This document shows, piece by piece, positions 44,376 through 53,888 of a DNA stretch of 64,000 bases (position 1 is the first letter of the stretch; the number at the start of each line of letters is the position of its first letter). The stretch covers positions 48,346 to 112,345 of the forward strand of contig JBOEHD010000063.1 in the NCBI GenBank assembly GCA_050633745.1, read 5' to 3'. The position numbers were made by a program, and so were the translations under genes. Below the pieces are notes generated by a model. The model made no database searches, was not told where the DNA came from, and worked only from the letters and a program-made list of their open reading frames with translations. The DNA is from Acidimicrobiales bacterium. Lineage in GTDB: Bacteria > Actinomycetota > Acidimicrobiia > Acidimicrobiales > SZUA-35.

Positions 44376-45479
44376 ATGTGGCGGAAGCGGGGAATTCGGA
44401 GCGGTGCTATTTGGGTATTGCTGTTCGCAGCGATATCTCTTTTTGGGTGCGCAAGTGGGAAGGACGAGGGAACAGCGATCAGCGGCGAAACCGCGGTCGC
44501 TTCGCCGACAATAGCGTCCGAAGCGGCGACCACTTCGTCCGAGCCGGAAACCACGACGACCACCGAGCCACCACCCCCGGACTACGCCGCTATATACCTA
44601 CAGCTACACGACGAGGCGGTGGCATTCATCATGAACCCGCTCGAACAACCGAGCGATGCGATCAACTGTGTGCAGAACGTCGACTGCATTGTGGTTAAGA
44701 ACCAAGCGATCGACGGCCAGTTCTGGAGGGGCATGGGCTCGGACAATCTGACCGTCAGCTCCGTTGAGGTACTAGACGAAATCAGCTCCGACCTGGTCCA
44801 TCTCAAGGTGACCGTCAACGCCGAAGAACTAATCGAGTTAGTCGACTCCAACGGCGAGGTTATCGAGTCGGTCGGAGTCCCAACCGACGCCGCCGAGCGG
44901 GTTGCACTTATCAAACAGGGTGAGGGTTGGATCTTCTCCGGACCCTCGGATGGGCGGCGTTGGGAGCGCTCAAGGTACGAAGCACCGCCGGAGCCGTTCA
45001 GCCTCGACGATCCGCTCGATGAGCCGATGACTCCGACCGGCGAAGAGGGCGTGACCGACGATGGGGTGGCCTGGCGAACCCTGACCACCGAGGACCGTTT
45101 TTGTCTTGAAGCCTCGACACCATCGATCGGCAAGATGACTAGATGCCTGTCTGCGCCACCCTGGGACGTTGGCGCCCTGCGCTACTCAATGAACTTTTCG
45201 GGGGACTCGGCGACTGGCCAGGAATACATCGTCATGTGGTTCGGGCTGAAGGTCGACGAGGCCGCAATATTCTTCGAGGACGACACGGAGCAACGCACAC
45301 GATTCTTCCCGGTCGACTCCTCGGCTGCATTCAGAGACGATGTCGAACTGTCGATCGCCATATCAAAGATCGACCAACGTCCATTGGCGGTCTCGGCCTA
45401 TGGGCCGGAAACCGAGTCCCACAAAACTACGTTCGATTGGCCGGTCCCGAAGGACAACCCCAACGACACCGACGGCTAG
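44376..45479 (+). CDS. Hypothetical lipoprotein
   Basis: Signal peptide with lipobox (LLFAAISLFGCASG) and a Thr/Pro linker (TTSSEPETTTTTEPPPP). I recognise no domain. Confidence 0.7.
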   Translation: MWRKRGIRSGAIWVLLFAAISLFGCASGKDEGTAISGETAVASPTIASEAATTSSEPETTTTTEPPPPDYAAIYLQLHDEAVAFIMNPLEQPSDAINCVQNVDCIVVKNQAIDGQFWRGMGSDNLTVSSVEVLDEISSDLVHLKVTVNAEELIELVDSNGEVIESVGVPTDAAERVALIKQGEGWIFSGPSDGRRWERSRYEAPPEPFSLDDPLDEPMTPTGEEGVTDDGVAWRTLTTEDRFCLEASTPSIGKMTRCLSAPPWDVGALRYSMNFSGDSATGQEYIVMWFGLKVDEAAIFFEDDTEQRTRFFPVDSSAAFRDDVELSIAISKIDQRPLAVSAYGPETESHKTTFDWPVPKDNPNDTDG

Positions 45480-45504
45480 CTCACCGCAGCGAATGGCGGC
45501 CGCG

Positions 45505-46290
45505 CTATGCGATGGGTAAACCTTGGACCTGAACCCGGTGGATGGTTCGGGGATCGTCGCCGTGATCGTGGACCGCGTAGTGCAGCACCGAGCGGTTGTC
45601 CCACATGACGAGATCTCCCGCCTGCCAGCGGTGACGGGCCTGAAAATCCGGTCGGGCCGAATGTTCATAAAGGAATTCGAGCAGACCCCGACTCTCGTTG
45701 CGGCGCCAACCTTCGAACCGCTGGGTGAAAGCCCGGCACACATAGAGCGCCTCATCGTTGCGCTCTTCGTGGCGACGAACCACCGGGTGGACCGCCCGAG
45801 GGGCCTCGCTCGGATCCTGCCGATATAACTTGGCTAGCCCCTCGGCACTGTGAACGGCCTGCATATCTCGCAGCTGACCCTGGAGCGTTTCCGACAGCTC
45901 GGAGAAGGCGAGGTGCTGGTTGGCAAATGCCGTCTCACCGCCGAGCTCGGGCGCTTCCAGCGCATGGAGCATCGTCAACTTCGGCGGCACCGCTTCGTAG
46001 CTCATGTCGCTATGCCAGTGTTCGTTGGGGTCTTTCGCCTTGCCCCGATTCTCCAACCGCATAACTTCCGGATGCTCCGCCGTCCCGTTGTACGGGTGCT
46101 GCTGCAGCGGACCCCAACGAGCGGCGAACCGCTTCTGTTCAACAGCGCTGAGCTGCTGGTCGGGGAAGGCCAAAACGTGATGTTCGGCGAAGGCGGTTTG
46201 GATCTTGGCGAAGGTCTCGTCGTCGACATGACGTACGTCGACACCGGTAACCACAGCCCCAAGTGGCGCAGCAAAACGATCGATTTCCAC
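45505..46290 (-). CDS. TauD/TfdA-family Fe(II)/2-oxoglutarate-dependent dioxygenase
   Basis: WHSDMSYEAVPPKLTMLHALEAPELGGETAFAN (HxD facial triad) and DNRSVLHYA. Confidence 0.9.
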   Translation of the reverse strand: MEIDRFAAPLGAVVTGVDVRHVDDETFAKIQTAFAEHHVLAFPDQQLSAVEQKRFAARWGPLQQHPYNGTAEHPEVMRLENRGKAKDPNEHWHSDMSYEAVPPKLTMLHALEAPELGGETAFANQHLAFSELSETLQGQLRDMQAVHSAEGLAKLYRQDPSEAPRAVHPVVRRHEERNDEALYVCRAFTQRFEGWRRNESRGLLEFLYEHSARPDFQARHRWQAGDLVMWDNRSVLHYAVHDHGDDPRTIHRVQVQGLPIA

Positions 46291-46332
46291 TCCGTCAGTC
46301 TCTCACGAGTACCAACCGGGCGACAGCCCGAG

Positions 46333-47820
46333 CTACTCGAGCGTGCGGAATGTGATGTAACTCTCGCTGCCCGGGCGTGCGAAGTGCGGCGGGTCTCCGT
46401 GCCCGGTTACCACAAAACGCTCTCTGGCAATCCCGAAATCGACCAGCGCGTCGACCACCGCATCACCCTGGGTGTGGCTTAGATCATGATTCCGCTCACT
46501 CGTTGCTTCGGTGTAAGTATGAGCGGCGATTTCGACAGCAATGGTCGGGTCGATTTTCAGCGCTGTTGCGACGTCGGCCAACAATGCAAAGCTCGTTTCG
46601 GTGAGCTCGCCGGTACCGGGCTCGAAGTCGATGGCGTCGGTGTCGATCTGAGAAACAGCAACCGAAATGGCCGCGGGTAGACCGACTGCAATCTCGACCC
46701 TGGTTTCCAAGCCGGTGTCGATTGAGGTCTGCCCCATGCCGACTTCTGACAATCGCTCAGCGTCGGCTCCGGCTGCGGTCATGTAGGCGACGGCCTCATC
46801 CAAAATCTCGTGAGAAAGGTCATGGCTGCGGGCACGAGAGTCGGTGTAGGCATAGGCCAGCAACGACAGCGACGACGTGTTGCGCTCTGCCATCGCCTCG
46901 ATCGCCAGGTCGAGGTTTGCCGAAACCTCAGCGGTGAGTGCGCCGTCGGCACCAATCGCCGCGACGTTGGTATCCATGCCGGCCAACGCCGCGGCCAAGT
47001 CGGGATCGTCGGCTTCGAACAGCAGCAGGGTCTGCCCGTCCCGAGGACGGGCGACCGCGCTACCGAGACCGGTGGATGTCAATCGACCGGGATCGACGTC
47101 GGCGGCGATGAGGGCCTCGATGATCGACCGGGCCTGAAGCGTGCTCAAACCGTGGTTGTGACCTGGTGTTGACTGGGTGAAGGTTGCGACCTTCACCTCG
47201 GTGGGGATCAAGGGGTGCGCCTCGAGGATCGATGCGACTTCGTCAAGCACACCCTGACCGGCCTCGGTCAGCCGATCGGTGCCGGGGGAAAACTGAATAC
47301 CAGACAGGTCTATCGTCGCCAGCTGTGACTCCAGCGCCTCAAGCGATGATGACGAATCGAGCGAGGTCGTCGAGCCGCCAGCCTCGGTGGGCTGGGTGGT
47401 AGCGGGCTGGGTCGAGCTGGGTTGCTGGGTGGTAGAGACCTGCACCTCCGCGCTGCTCGACGGCGCAATCGCGCTCGCCGTCGCCGGATCATCGGCTGCA
47501 GGCTCGGCTGCCTCGTTTGATCGCTGGGTGCCAAGCCAATAGCCCCCGACGGCAGCGACAGCGATGCATGCCGCGACGAGCACCATAGGCACCACGCCGA
47601 CTCGCCGAGCCGAGTTGGCTGGAGCCGCGGCGGTATCGACGCCCCTTTGACCGGCTCCAGCGGCGGTAACTGGATCGGGGATACTCGACACCTCGATGCC
47701 GTGCCAGCCGCCTTCTTCGGGGAGGTCCTGACCCGAGAGTTCCTGGTCACCATCGGCCGGCAATACCTCACGAAGCAACCTGCCTAGATCATTTGTCTGA
47801 TCTTCTTCGGTCTGCCGCAT
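46333..47820 (-). CDS. Single-pass membrane protein with three tandem OmpA/MotB-like C-terminal domains
   Basis: TM segment VVPMVLVAACIAVAAVGGYWL and a Ser/Thr/Ala/Pro linker. Three repeats of the OmpA_C-type pattern follow (IQFSPGTDRLTEAGQGVLDEVASIL..., ...SHDLSHEILDEAVAYMTAAGADAERL..., IDFEPGTGELTETSFALLADVATAL...NHDLSHTQGDAVVDALVDFGIARERF). Confidence 0.8.
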   Translation of the reverse strand: MRQTEEDQTNDLGRLLREVLPADGDQELSGQDLPEEGGWHGIEVSSIPDPVTAAGAGQRGVDTAAAPANSARRVGVVPMVLVAACIAVAAVGGYWLGTQRSNEAAEPAADDPATASAIAPSSSAEVQVSTTQQPSSTQPATTQPTEAGGSTTSLDSSSSLEALESQLATIDLSGIQFSPGTDRLTEAGQGVLDEVASILEAHPLIPTEVKVATFTQSTPGHNHGLSTLQARSIIEALIAADVDPGRLTSTGLGSAVARPRDGQTLLLFEADDPDLAAALAGMDTNVAAIGADGALTAEVSANLDLAIEAMAERNTSSLSLLAYAYTDSRARSHDLSHEILDEAVAYMTAAGADAERLSEVGMGQTSIDTGLETRVEIAVGLPAAISVAVSQIDTDAIDFEPGTGELTETSFALLADVATALKIDPTIAVEIAAHTYTEATSERNHDLSHTQGDAVVDALVDFGIARERFVVTGHGDPPHFARPGSESYITFRTLE

Positions 47821-47985
47821 TTCAAGCCCCCGTCACAATGCTTGAGCATGTTTCAAATTAGAACACCCAGCGCGATCGATTATAACATTCTTTAGAAAGT
47901 TGAGAGCCATCGGATTGCCGAGGCTTAAGGTTAATTTGGGGTTCGTCTACCGTGCGGCCCTGTCGGCCGCTGTCAAGGTTGGACT

Positions 47986-49287
47986 ATGAAACCAGCCCGC
48001 CGACCAAGGTGGCTCTTTGCCAGCCCCTTTGTGTTCTTCACGATCGCCGGGCTGGTTGGGATGCTGGCCATCGGTGGCGGCGGTCTCGTGGCATCGCAGC
48101 GGGCCGGTCGGGCCGAGGCGATGGCCGATGTCCGGGCGCTGACCCAGGTCGTGGCCAAGACCGTCGTCGAGCCGAATCTCACCGCCGAGCTGATCGCCGG
48201 AGACGAGGGAAATATCGCCGTGCTCGATGCGATCGTGACCGAGCGAGTCATCGATGACACCACGGTGCGGGTCAAGCTCTGGGACGCCAGCGGCAAGATC
48301 GTGTACTCCGATGAACCGCTGTTGATCGGCGAGGTCTACGAGCTTGAGGCCGACAAACATCGTTCGCTCTGGTCTGGCGAGACCGTTTCCGAGATCAGCG
48401 ACCTTCAAGGCCCGGAGAACCGTTTCGAGGCCCAGATGTCTAGCGAAATGATGGAGGTCTACCTCCCGATCGAAGGGCCGGATGGCGGTCCACTGCTCTA
48501 CGAGTCGTACTTTGCGATGTCGTCGGTTTCAGACTCGGCCAGCAGAATCCGAAGCGAGTTTTTGCCGATTATTGTCGTGCCGGTAGTCCTCATGGGGGGC
48601 CTACATTTTGCGCTGGTGTGGGGTCTGCGCCAACGGGTCCGCCGGGCGCAGGCCGAACGAGAGCGCCTGCTTCGCCGAGCGGTCGAGTCCTCAGATCTCG
48701 AGCGCCGCCGGATCGCCGCCGATCTGCACGACGGTGTTGTGCAGGATCTGGTCGGCACGTCGTTTGCCGTTTCCGCTGCCGCCGAGTCTGCCGCGGTTCA
48801 CGCCCCGGAACTGTCGAGCGACCTCCGCTCAGCCGCAGTCGGCACCAGGCGCAGTCTTCAATCGCTTCGCTCTCTACTGGTAGACATCTATCCTCCGAAC
48901 CTCCATGAACAGGGGCTCGAAGCGGCTCTTGTCGATCTCCTGGCACCGGCCAGAGACCTGGGTATCGAAACAGAACTGACGATCGATGGGGAACTCGAAG
49001 CGGCGCCGGAGAAGACCGCCCTGCTGTATCGGGTGATCCAAGAGTCGGTACGCAACGTGTTTAGGCACGCCAACGCCGATCATCTCAACGTTCATCTGGC
49101 GACAAACCCCGACGGCACGACGGTGGAGATCATGGACGACGGAGCGGGCTTTGTCTCGCCTCATCGCGAGAACGGCCATCTTGGACTACGCCTTTTGGCC
49201 GACCTCACCGCCGACGCTGGAGCTGGCTTCACCGTCGAGTCCGAACCGGGCGTCGGGACCACCATTCGTTTGGAGCTCACGTCATGA
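47986..49287 (+). CDS. Sensor histidine kinase, NarL-partner type (HisKA_3)
   Basis: Two TM segments flank a ~150 aa extracytoplasmic region. H-box RRRIAADLHDGVVQDL. HATPase N and G boxes (VRNVFRHANA, DDGAGF, GLRLLAD). Confidence 0.9.
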   Translation: MKPARRPRWLFASPFVFFTIAGLVGMLAIGGGGLVASQRAGRAEAMADVRALTQVVAKTVVEPNLTAELIAGDEGNIAVLDAIVTERVIDDTTVRVKLWDASGKIVYSDEPLLIGEVYELEADKHRSLWSGETVSEISDLQGPENRFEAQMSSEMMEVYLPIEGPDGGPLLYESYFAMSSVSDSASRIRSEFLPIIVVPVVLMGGLHFALVWGLRQRVRRAQAERERLLRRAVESSDLERRRIAADLHDGVVQDLVGTSFAVSAAAESAAVHAPELSSDLRSAAVGTRRSLQSLRSLLVDIYPPNLHEQGLEAALVDLLAPARDLGIETELTIDGELEAAPEKTALLYRVIQESVRNVFRHANADHLNVHLATNPDGTTVEIMDDGAGFVSPHRENGHLGLRLLADLTADAGAGFTVESEPGVGTTIRLELTS

Positions 49288-49916
49288 TCAGGGTTCTGGT
49301 GGTCGACGATCACACGATCGTCAGAGTCGGGTTGCAGAGGCTGCTCGAGCAGTCTTCCGATATCGAGATCGTCGGTGTCGCCGACCGCGGAGAACAGGCG
49401 GTGACCCTCGACGCCGAACTGGAGCCAGACGTCGTACTCATGGACCTCTCGATGCCAGGGCAGTCTGGCATCGAGTCGACCAGGAAGATCTGCGCCTCCC
49501 GCCAAGGCGCATCGGTGGTGATCCTCACCGCATCGACCGACCCAAACCAGATCGTCGACGCCTTCGATGCCGGCGCGGTTGGATACCTGGTCAAAGATTC
49601 CGACCCTCAGGTACTCGTCGAGGGCGTTCGGTCGGCAGCCAACGGTGACAGTCCACTCGATGCCCGAGCGGCGCGGTATCTGCTTCGAGGACGCCACACC
49701 AACCATCATTCAGCCAGCCAGCAACTGACCAAACGCGAGCGCGACGTCCTAGAACTGGTAAGCCGAGGGCTGGCAAACAAGGCGATCGCCCGCAGCCTCG
49801 GCATCAGCGAGAAGACGGTGAAGGCTCACTTGACCAGGGTTTTTGCGGCCATCGGTGTTAGCGACCGAACCCAAGCTGCGCTGTGGGCCAAGGAGCACCT
49901 CAGCCTCTCACCATGA
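49284..49916 (+). CDS. NarL/LuxR-family response regulator
   Basis: Receiver IRVLVVDDHTIVR...DVVLMDLSMPG. C-terminal HTH LTKRERDVLELVSRGLANKAIARSLGISEKTVKAHL. ATGA overlap with the kinase gene. Confidence 0.95.
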   Translation: MIRVLVVDDHTIVRVGLQRLLEQSSDIEIVGVADRGEQAVTLDAELEPDVVLMDLSMPGQSGIESTRKICASRQGASVVILTASTDPNQIVDAFDAGAVGYLVKDSDPQVLVEGVRSAANGDSPLDARAARYLLRGRHTNHHSASQQLTKRERDVLELVSRGLANKAIARSLGISEKTVKAHLTRVFAAIGVSDRTQAALWAKEHLSLSP

Positions 49917-50033
49917 CTCTCGCGCTGAATCTCGGTCCGAATCTCTCCGGGACCCCCATCTTGTACTCCCATGGTCCTAGGACCAATGTCCACTACCCCC
50001 ACCGTCGACGGCACGGTCAAGCTAAAAGGTGTA

Positions 50034-50341
50034 TGAACAAGACACCTTCGGTTCGCCGCCGGTCGCTTCGCTCAACCTCAGAGGCCTCCCTAATCGAGGG
50101 CTCAGTTTCATCGCGTTCGAGCGAACCGGATCTATCGGTGGAGATCTCGGGCGGCCCTGCCCGAGCGACCGTGCATGTGCGGGTAGCGGGGAGGCGCCCG
50201 CACCCCCTGGCCCTCGATGGATCCGGCTGTGGTCGCCTCCGGCTCCATCCTGAGGCCGGGGGTGCACCGGTCACCATCTTGTTCGATGACCTGGTGATCC
50301 TCCAGGGAACCACCCCACCGCCTAGCGGGACGGTCGGATGA
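50034..50341 (+). CDS. Possible small leader protein (about 102 aa) preceding the glycan operon
   Basis: ATG-initiated part of track ORF 49883-50341. It ends 13 nt before the GT start codon and has moderate GC3 bias. I recognise no domain, so the call is weak. Confidence 0.3.
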
Positions 50342-50354
50342 TGGGAGGTTGCAG

Positions 50355-51566
50355 GTGACACGCGTACTTATATACAGCCACGACACCTACGGCCTGGGGC
50401 ACTTCCGACGAAGCTCGCTGCTGGCATCTGGGGTTGTCGCAACCCACGCCGAGGCCGAAGTATTGATCGTCACCGGGTCGCCGAGAACCCAGTCGTTCCG
50501 CCTCCCCGATCGGGTAGACACCGTGAAGCTCCCGACTGCGACCAAAGACGGTAGCGGTCGCTATCGGGCTCGCAAGCTCAACATGGACCTGCAGTCGCTG
50601 GTGCGATTTCGTAGTGATCTAATCAGCACCACGATCAACAACTACCGGCCAGACGTCATCCTGGTAGACCACGCACCCCTCGGTATGAGCCGGGAGTTGG
50701 TACCGGCACTTGAACAAATCGGGCTTCGGCACAAGCGGCCCCGATTGGTTCTCGGTCTCCGCGACATTATCGATGAGGTCGGCCGGGTCGACGCCGCTTG
50801 GCACCGAGACGGCACCTGGGGCTGGATCGATGCCTACGACGAAGTCCTGGTCTATGGCGACCAGCGGCTGCAAACCACAGCGAGCGAGCTCGGACTGGCC
50901 CATCGCTCGACTACTCCGGTGCACCACACCGGCTATGTCGCGCCGGCCATGCCGGGGCCGACAACCGGCCAGCCGTTCCTGCTCGTCACCGCCGGTGGAG
51001 GCGGCGATGGACAAGCCATGCTTCGGGCCTACCTTGATGCCGTAGAGCACGGGGCGACCGAAGGCCTGAAGTCGGTCGTGGTCACCGGTCCCCTTCTGTC
51101 TCCGGGCAGGCGGGCGGAGTTGATGACTCGGGCGTCGCTGCTCCCCACGGTCGAAATCGTGGAGTTCACCGATCAACTTCGTCCACTCATCAGCTCGGCG
51201 GTCGGGGTGATCTCGATGGCCGGTTACAACACCGTTGTCGAGCTACTCGCTGCGAATACACCGGCACTGCTCGTGCCCCGCTGCGCGCCGCGATTGGAGC
51301 AGCATCTTCGGTCGGCCCGACTCGCCGCTGTCGTGCCACAGCTGCAGCACTGCCCGATCGAGATGCTCGACCGTGACCGGATCCGAGACTTCGTCACGAG
51401 CCGCTCAGCCAGCGCCGTCGAACCGCCGACGGTCAATCTCGCAGGTGTGGAGCGATCCGTGGAGCTGTTGTTGGGCGGCCTGTGTGCCGAACCCTCGAAG
51501 CTCGAACGCTCACCAGCGACAGAGACAAAGAGATCGGCCCTGATGGAAGGAGCCAACCATGGCTGA
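50355..51566 (+). CDS. GT-B glycosyltransferase (MurG/GT28-C-terminal-like)
   Basis: N-terminal VLIYSHDTYGLGHFRRS, a family signature I recall from uncharacterised MurG-like transferases. C-terminal MAGYNTVVELL. GTG at 50355 is preceded by GGGAGG. The track lists a TTG at 50349. Confidence 0.8.
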   Translation: MTRVLIYSHDTYGLGHFRRSSLLASGVVATHAEAEVLIVTGSPRTQSFRLPDRVDTVKLPTATKDGSGRYRARKLNMDLQSLVRFRSDLISTTINNYRPDVILVDHAPLGMSRELVPALEQIGLRHKRPRLVLGLRDIIDEVGRVDAAWHRDGTWGWIDAYDEVLVYGDQRLQTTASELGLAHRSTTPVHHTGYVAPAMPGPTTGQPFLLVTAGGGGDGQAMLRAYLDAVEHGATEGLKSVVVTGPLLSPGRRAELMTRASLLPTVEIVEFTDQLRPLISSAVGVISMAGYNTVVELLAANTPALLVPRCAPRLEQHLRSARLAAVVPQLQHCPIEMLDRDRIRDFVTSRSASAVEPPTVNLAGVERSVELLLGGLCAEPSKLERSPATETKRSALMEGANHG

Positions 51567-52788
51567 AGGTATGCACGTCGGCTACATCCTGAAGCAGTAT
51601 CCGCGGCTGTCGGAAACCTTTGTTCTGAACGAGATCCTGGGGTTGGAAGAGCAGGGTATAAAGACCTCAATCCACTCGTTGCGTCACGCTACGGAAGGAC
51701 GTTTCCACCCTGCAATTGGCAGGGTCAGGGGCCAGGTTCGCTATGTGTCCGATGTGAACAAGGCCAGTTTCCTCGATGCCATTCGTGCCCTGCCGAGGCT
51801 CCAGCAGCATCGACTGCCCGAGATCCTGGAGTTCCTCGATCATCTCCCTGAGGAACGTCGGGCCCGGCTTCTGCTGAACGCGATTGACGTCGCCGAGTCC
51901 GCACTCGACGCCGGGGTCAACCATCTGCACGCCCATTTCCTCACCGTCGCAGCACAGACCGCGTACCTCGTATCGCTGTTGACCGGGCTGCCGTATTCGA
52001 TCACCGCCCATGCCAAGGACATCTATCGCACATCGGTCGACTGGGAGTTGGCGGGACGCCTGGCCGGAGCGGCCTCAACTGTTGTCACCGTTTGTGATGC
52101 CAACCTGCGATTCCTGGCCCATCGTCTCGATGGCGCAAATGCACGATTGGTCCGTATCTACAACGGGCTTGGATCACAGCGGTCGAGCGAGCTGCAGCCG
52201 CCGGCCGAGTCCGCGGTTCGGCAATCCGACCTGGTGCTGGGGGTTGGGCGAATGGTTGAGAAGAAGGGCTTCGACCTACTCATCGAATCGATCGCTCTGC
52301 TGTCGGAGCACCAGGACGTGCGCTGCGTTCTTGTGGGTGATGGCGAGCGGCGGGCCGCCCTGGAAGCCCAGGCCACCATGCTCGGTATCGCCGACCGCGT
52401 CACCTTTGCCGGTGCCCTGGGACAGGACGAGGTCGCCCGCTGGCTCGATCGGGCTAGCCTGCTCGCCGCCCCGTGCCGGGTCGGGGGCGATGGAAATCAG
52501 GATGCTCTACCGACGGTGCTGCTTGAGGCCCTCCAGGCCGGAGTTCCCGCCATCTCGACACCGGTCGGCGGTATCGAGGAGATCGTCACCCACGGTCAAG
52601 AAGGACTGATCGTTCCGACCGAGGATCCGCAGGCACTGGCCGATGCGATCGGTTCGCTCCTGGCCAACCCACAGCAGCGGGTGCGCTTCGGGATCGCCGG
52701 GCAGGCGAAGGTGGCCAAAACGTTCGACCAACGGGTCACGATCGAAGAGCTGATAGATGTCTTCTATCAGCGCGAGCCGGTGCGATGA
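51559..52788 (+). CDS. Glycosyltransferase, GT4 / Glycos_transf_1 family
   Basis: GRMVEKKGFDLLIE, GDGERRAALE and EALPTVLLEALQAGVPAISTPVGGIEEIV (the EX7E region). Confidence 0.9.
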   Translation: MAEGMHVGYILKQYPRLSETFVLNEILGLEEQGIKTSIHSLRHATEGRFHPAIGRVRGQVRYVSDVNKASFLDAIRALPRLQQHRLPEILEFLDHLPEERRARLLLNAIDVAESALDAGVNHLHAHFLTVAAQTAYLVSLLTGLPYSITAHAKDIYRTSVDWELAGRLAGAASTVVTVCDANLRFLAHRLDGANARLVRIYNGLGSQRSSELQPPAESAVRQSDLVLGVGRMVEKKGFDLLIESIALLSEHQDVRCVLVGDGERRAALEAQATMLGIADRVTFAGALGQDEVARWLDRASLLAAPCRVGGDGNQDALPTVLLEALQAGVPAISTPVGGIEEIVTHGQEGLIVPTEDPQALADAIGSLLANPQQRVRFGIAGQAKVAKTFDQRVTIEELIDVFYQREPVR

Positions 52789-53888
52789 TCGGGCTCGACA
52801 TCGTTCAGGTCAACGCCGATCGGGGCATTGCTCCCGGGGCCACGAAGGGAGCGGCACTGCACCTTCGAGGTGTCGCCGCCGGCCTCGCAGCCTGTGGCCA
52901 CTCATTGCAGACCTATTCAGCTCGGTTGGCGGAGGGACCGTTCCCTGTTCCCGTGAAACCGTTGCACGAACTTGAAACCGTGACCGAGGCGGCGGTCGTC
53001 TATGAACGGTATTCACTAGGTCATCTCGGCGGCTTGGAGCTTGCTCGATCGCTCGATGTGCCGTTCGTCCTGGAGGTAAACGCACCGCTGGTCGATGAAG
53101 CGATCGCCCATCGGCCGGGCACGCTGCCACCGAACGCCGCTGACGTAGAAGAGAAGTTGCTCGCCGAGGCCGACCTGGTGATCACCGTTTCCACCGCTCT
53201 GTCGGAATGGGTGAGCACCAAACGGGACGGGCTGATCGAAACCATTGCGAACGGCTTCGAACCGAGCTGGTTTCCACCACCCAATCGAGCGGCGGCCGAG
53301 GCCGGTGGGGCCGATCAGCACATCGTGTTCCTGGGGCACCCAAAACCGTGGCACGGCGCTGAGCTCTTGGTCGACCTGCTGATCGATATGGCAGAGCTCG
53401 GCTACCGGCCACAACTGCTGGTGGTCGGTGGCGGTCCGGGAGCCGACACCCTCGTGGCTCGCGCTACCGAGCTCGGAGTCGGACAGCAGATCGTGGTCAC
53501 CGGGCCCACCGAACCGCATCGGGTGGCCGTTCATCTGGCAACCGCCGCAATTGGGCTGGCGCCCTACCCACGGCAAGACCCGTTCTACTTCTGCCCGCTC
53601 AAGATCGTCGACTATCTGGCTGCGGGGCTGCCGATAGTGGCCACCCGGCAAGGAGACATCGCCGAACTGGTGCAGGATGCTGGCCTGCTGGTTGAGCCCG
53701 ACGATCGAGCGGCGCTGGCAACCGCGGTGGCCGAATTGTTGGGCGACCGGCAACGGGCACGCACGATGGGCATCTCGGGACGGCGGCGGGCACTCACGGA
53801 GATGACGTGGCGACGTGTTGCCGAGATGACCGAGCAGGCGATCCTTCAGCTTCGCCACGAGTCGCTGCAGGCGGCATCCGGGCGGTGA
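52785..53888 (+). CDS. Glycosyltransferase, GT4 / Glycos_transf_1 family
   Basis: FLGHPKPWHGAELL, VGGGPG and FYFCPLKIVDYLAAGLPIVATRQGDIAELV. ATGA overlap with the upstream gene. Confidence 0.85.
   Translation: MIGLDIVQVNADRGIAPGATKGAALHLRGVAAGLAACGHSLQTYSARLAEGPFPVPVKPLHELETVTEAAVVYERYSLGHLGGLELARSLDVPFVLEVNAPLVDEAIAHRPGTLPPNAADVEEKLLAEADLVITVSTALSEWVSTKRDGLIETIANGFEPSWFPPPNRAAAEAGGADQHIVFLGHPKPWHGAELLVDLLIDMAELGYRPQLLVVGGGPGADTLVARATELGVGQQIVVTGPTEPHRVAVHLATAAIGLAPYPRQDPFYFCPLKIVDYLAAGLPIVATRQGDIAELVQDAGLLVEPDDRAALATAVAELLGDRQRARTMGISGRRRALTEMTWRRVAEMTEQAILQLRHESLQAASGR

Noticed and set aside
53016-53858. 280-aa minus-strand ORF inside the glycan operon, with similar cases at 58491-59282 (minus), 50619-51176 (minus) and 55905-56366 (minus)
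   Set aside because: All are antisense to motif-supported glycosyltransferase or kinase-fold genes. None has motifs of its own.
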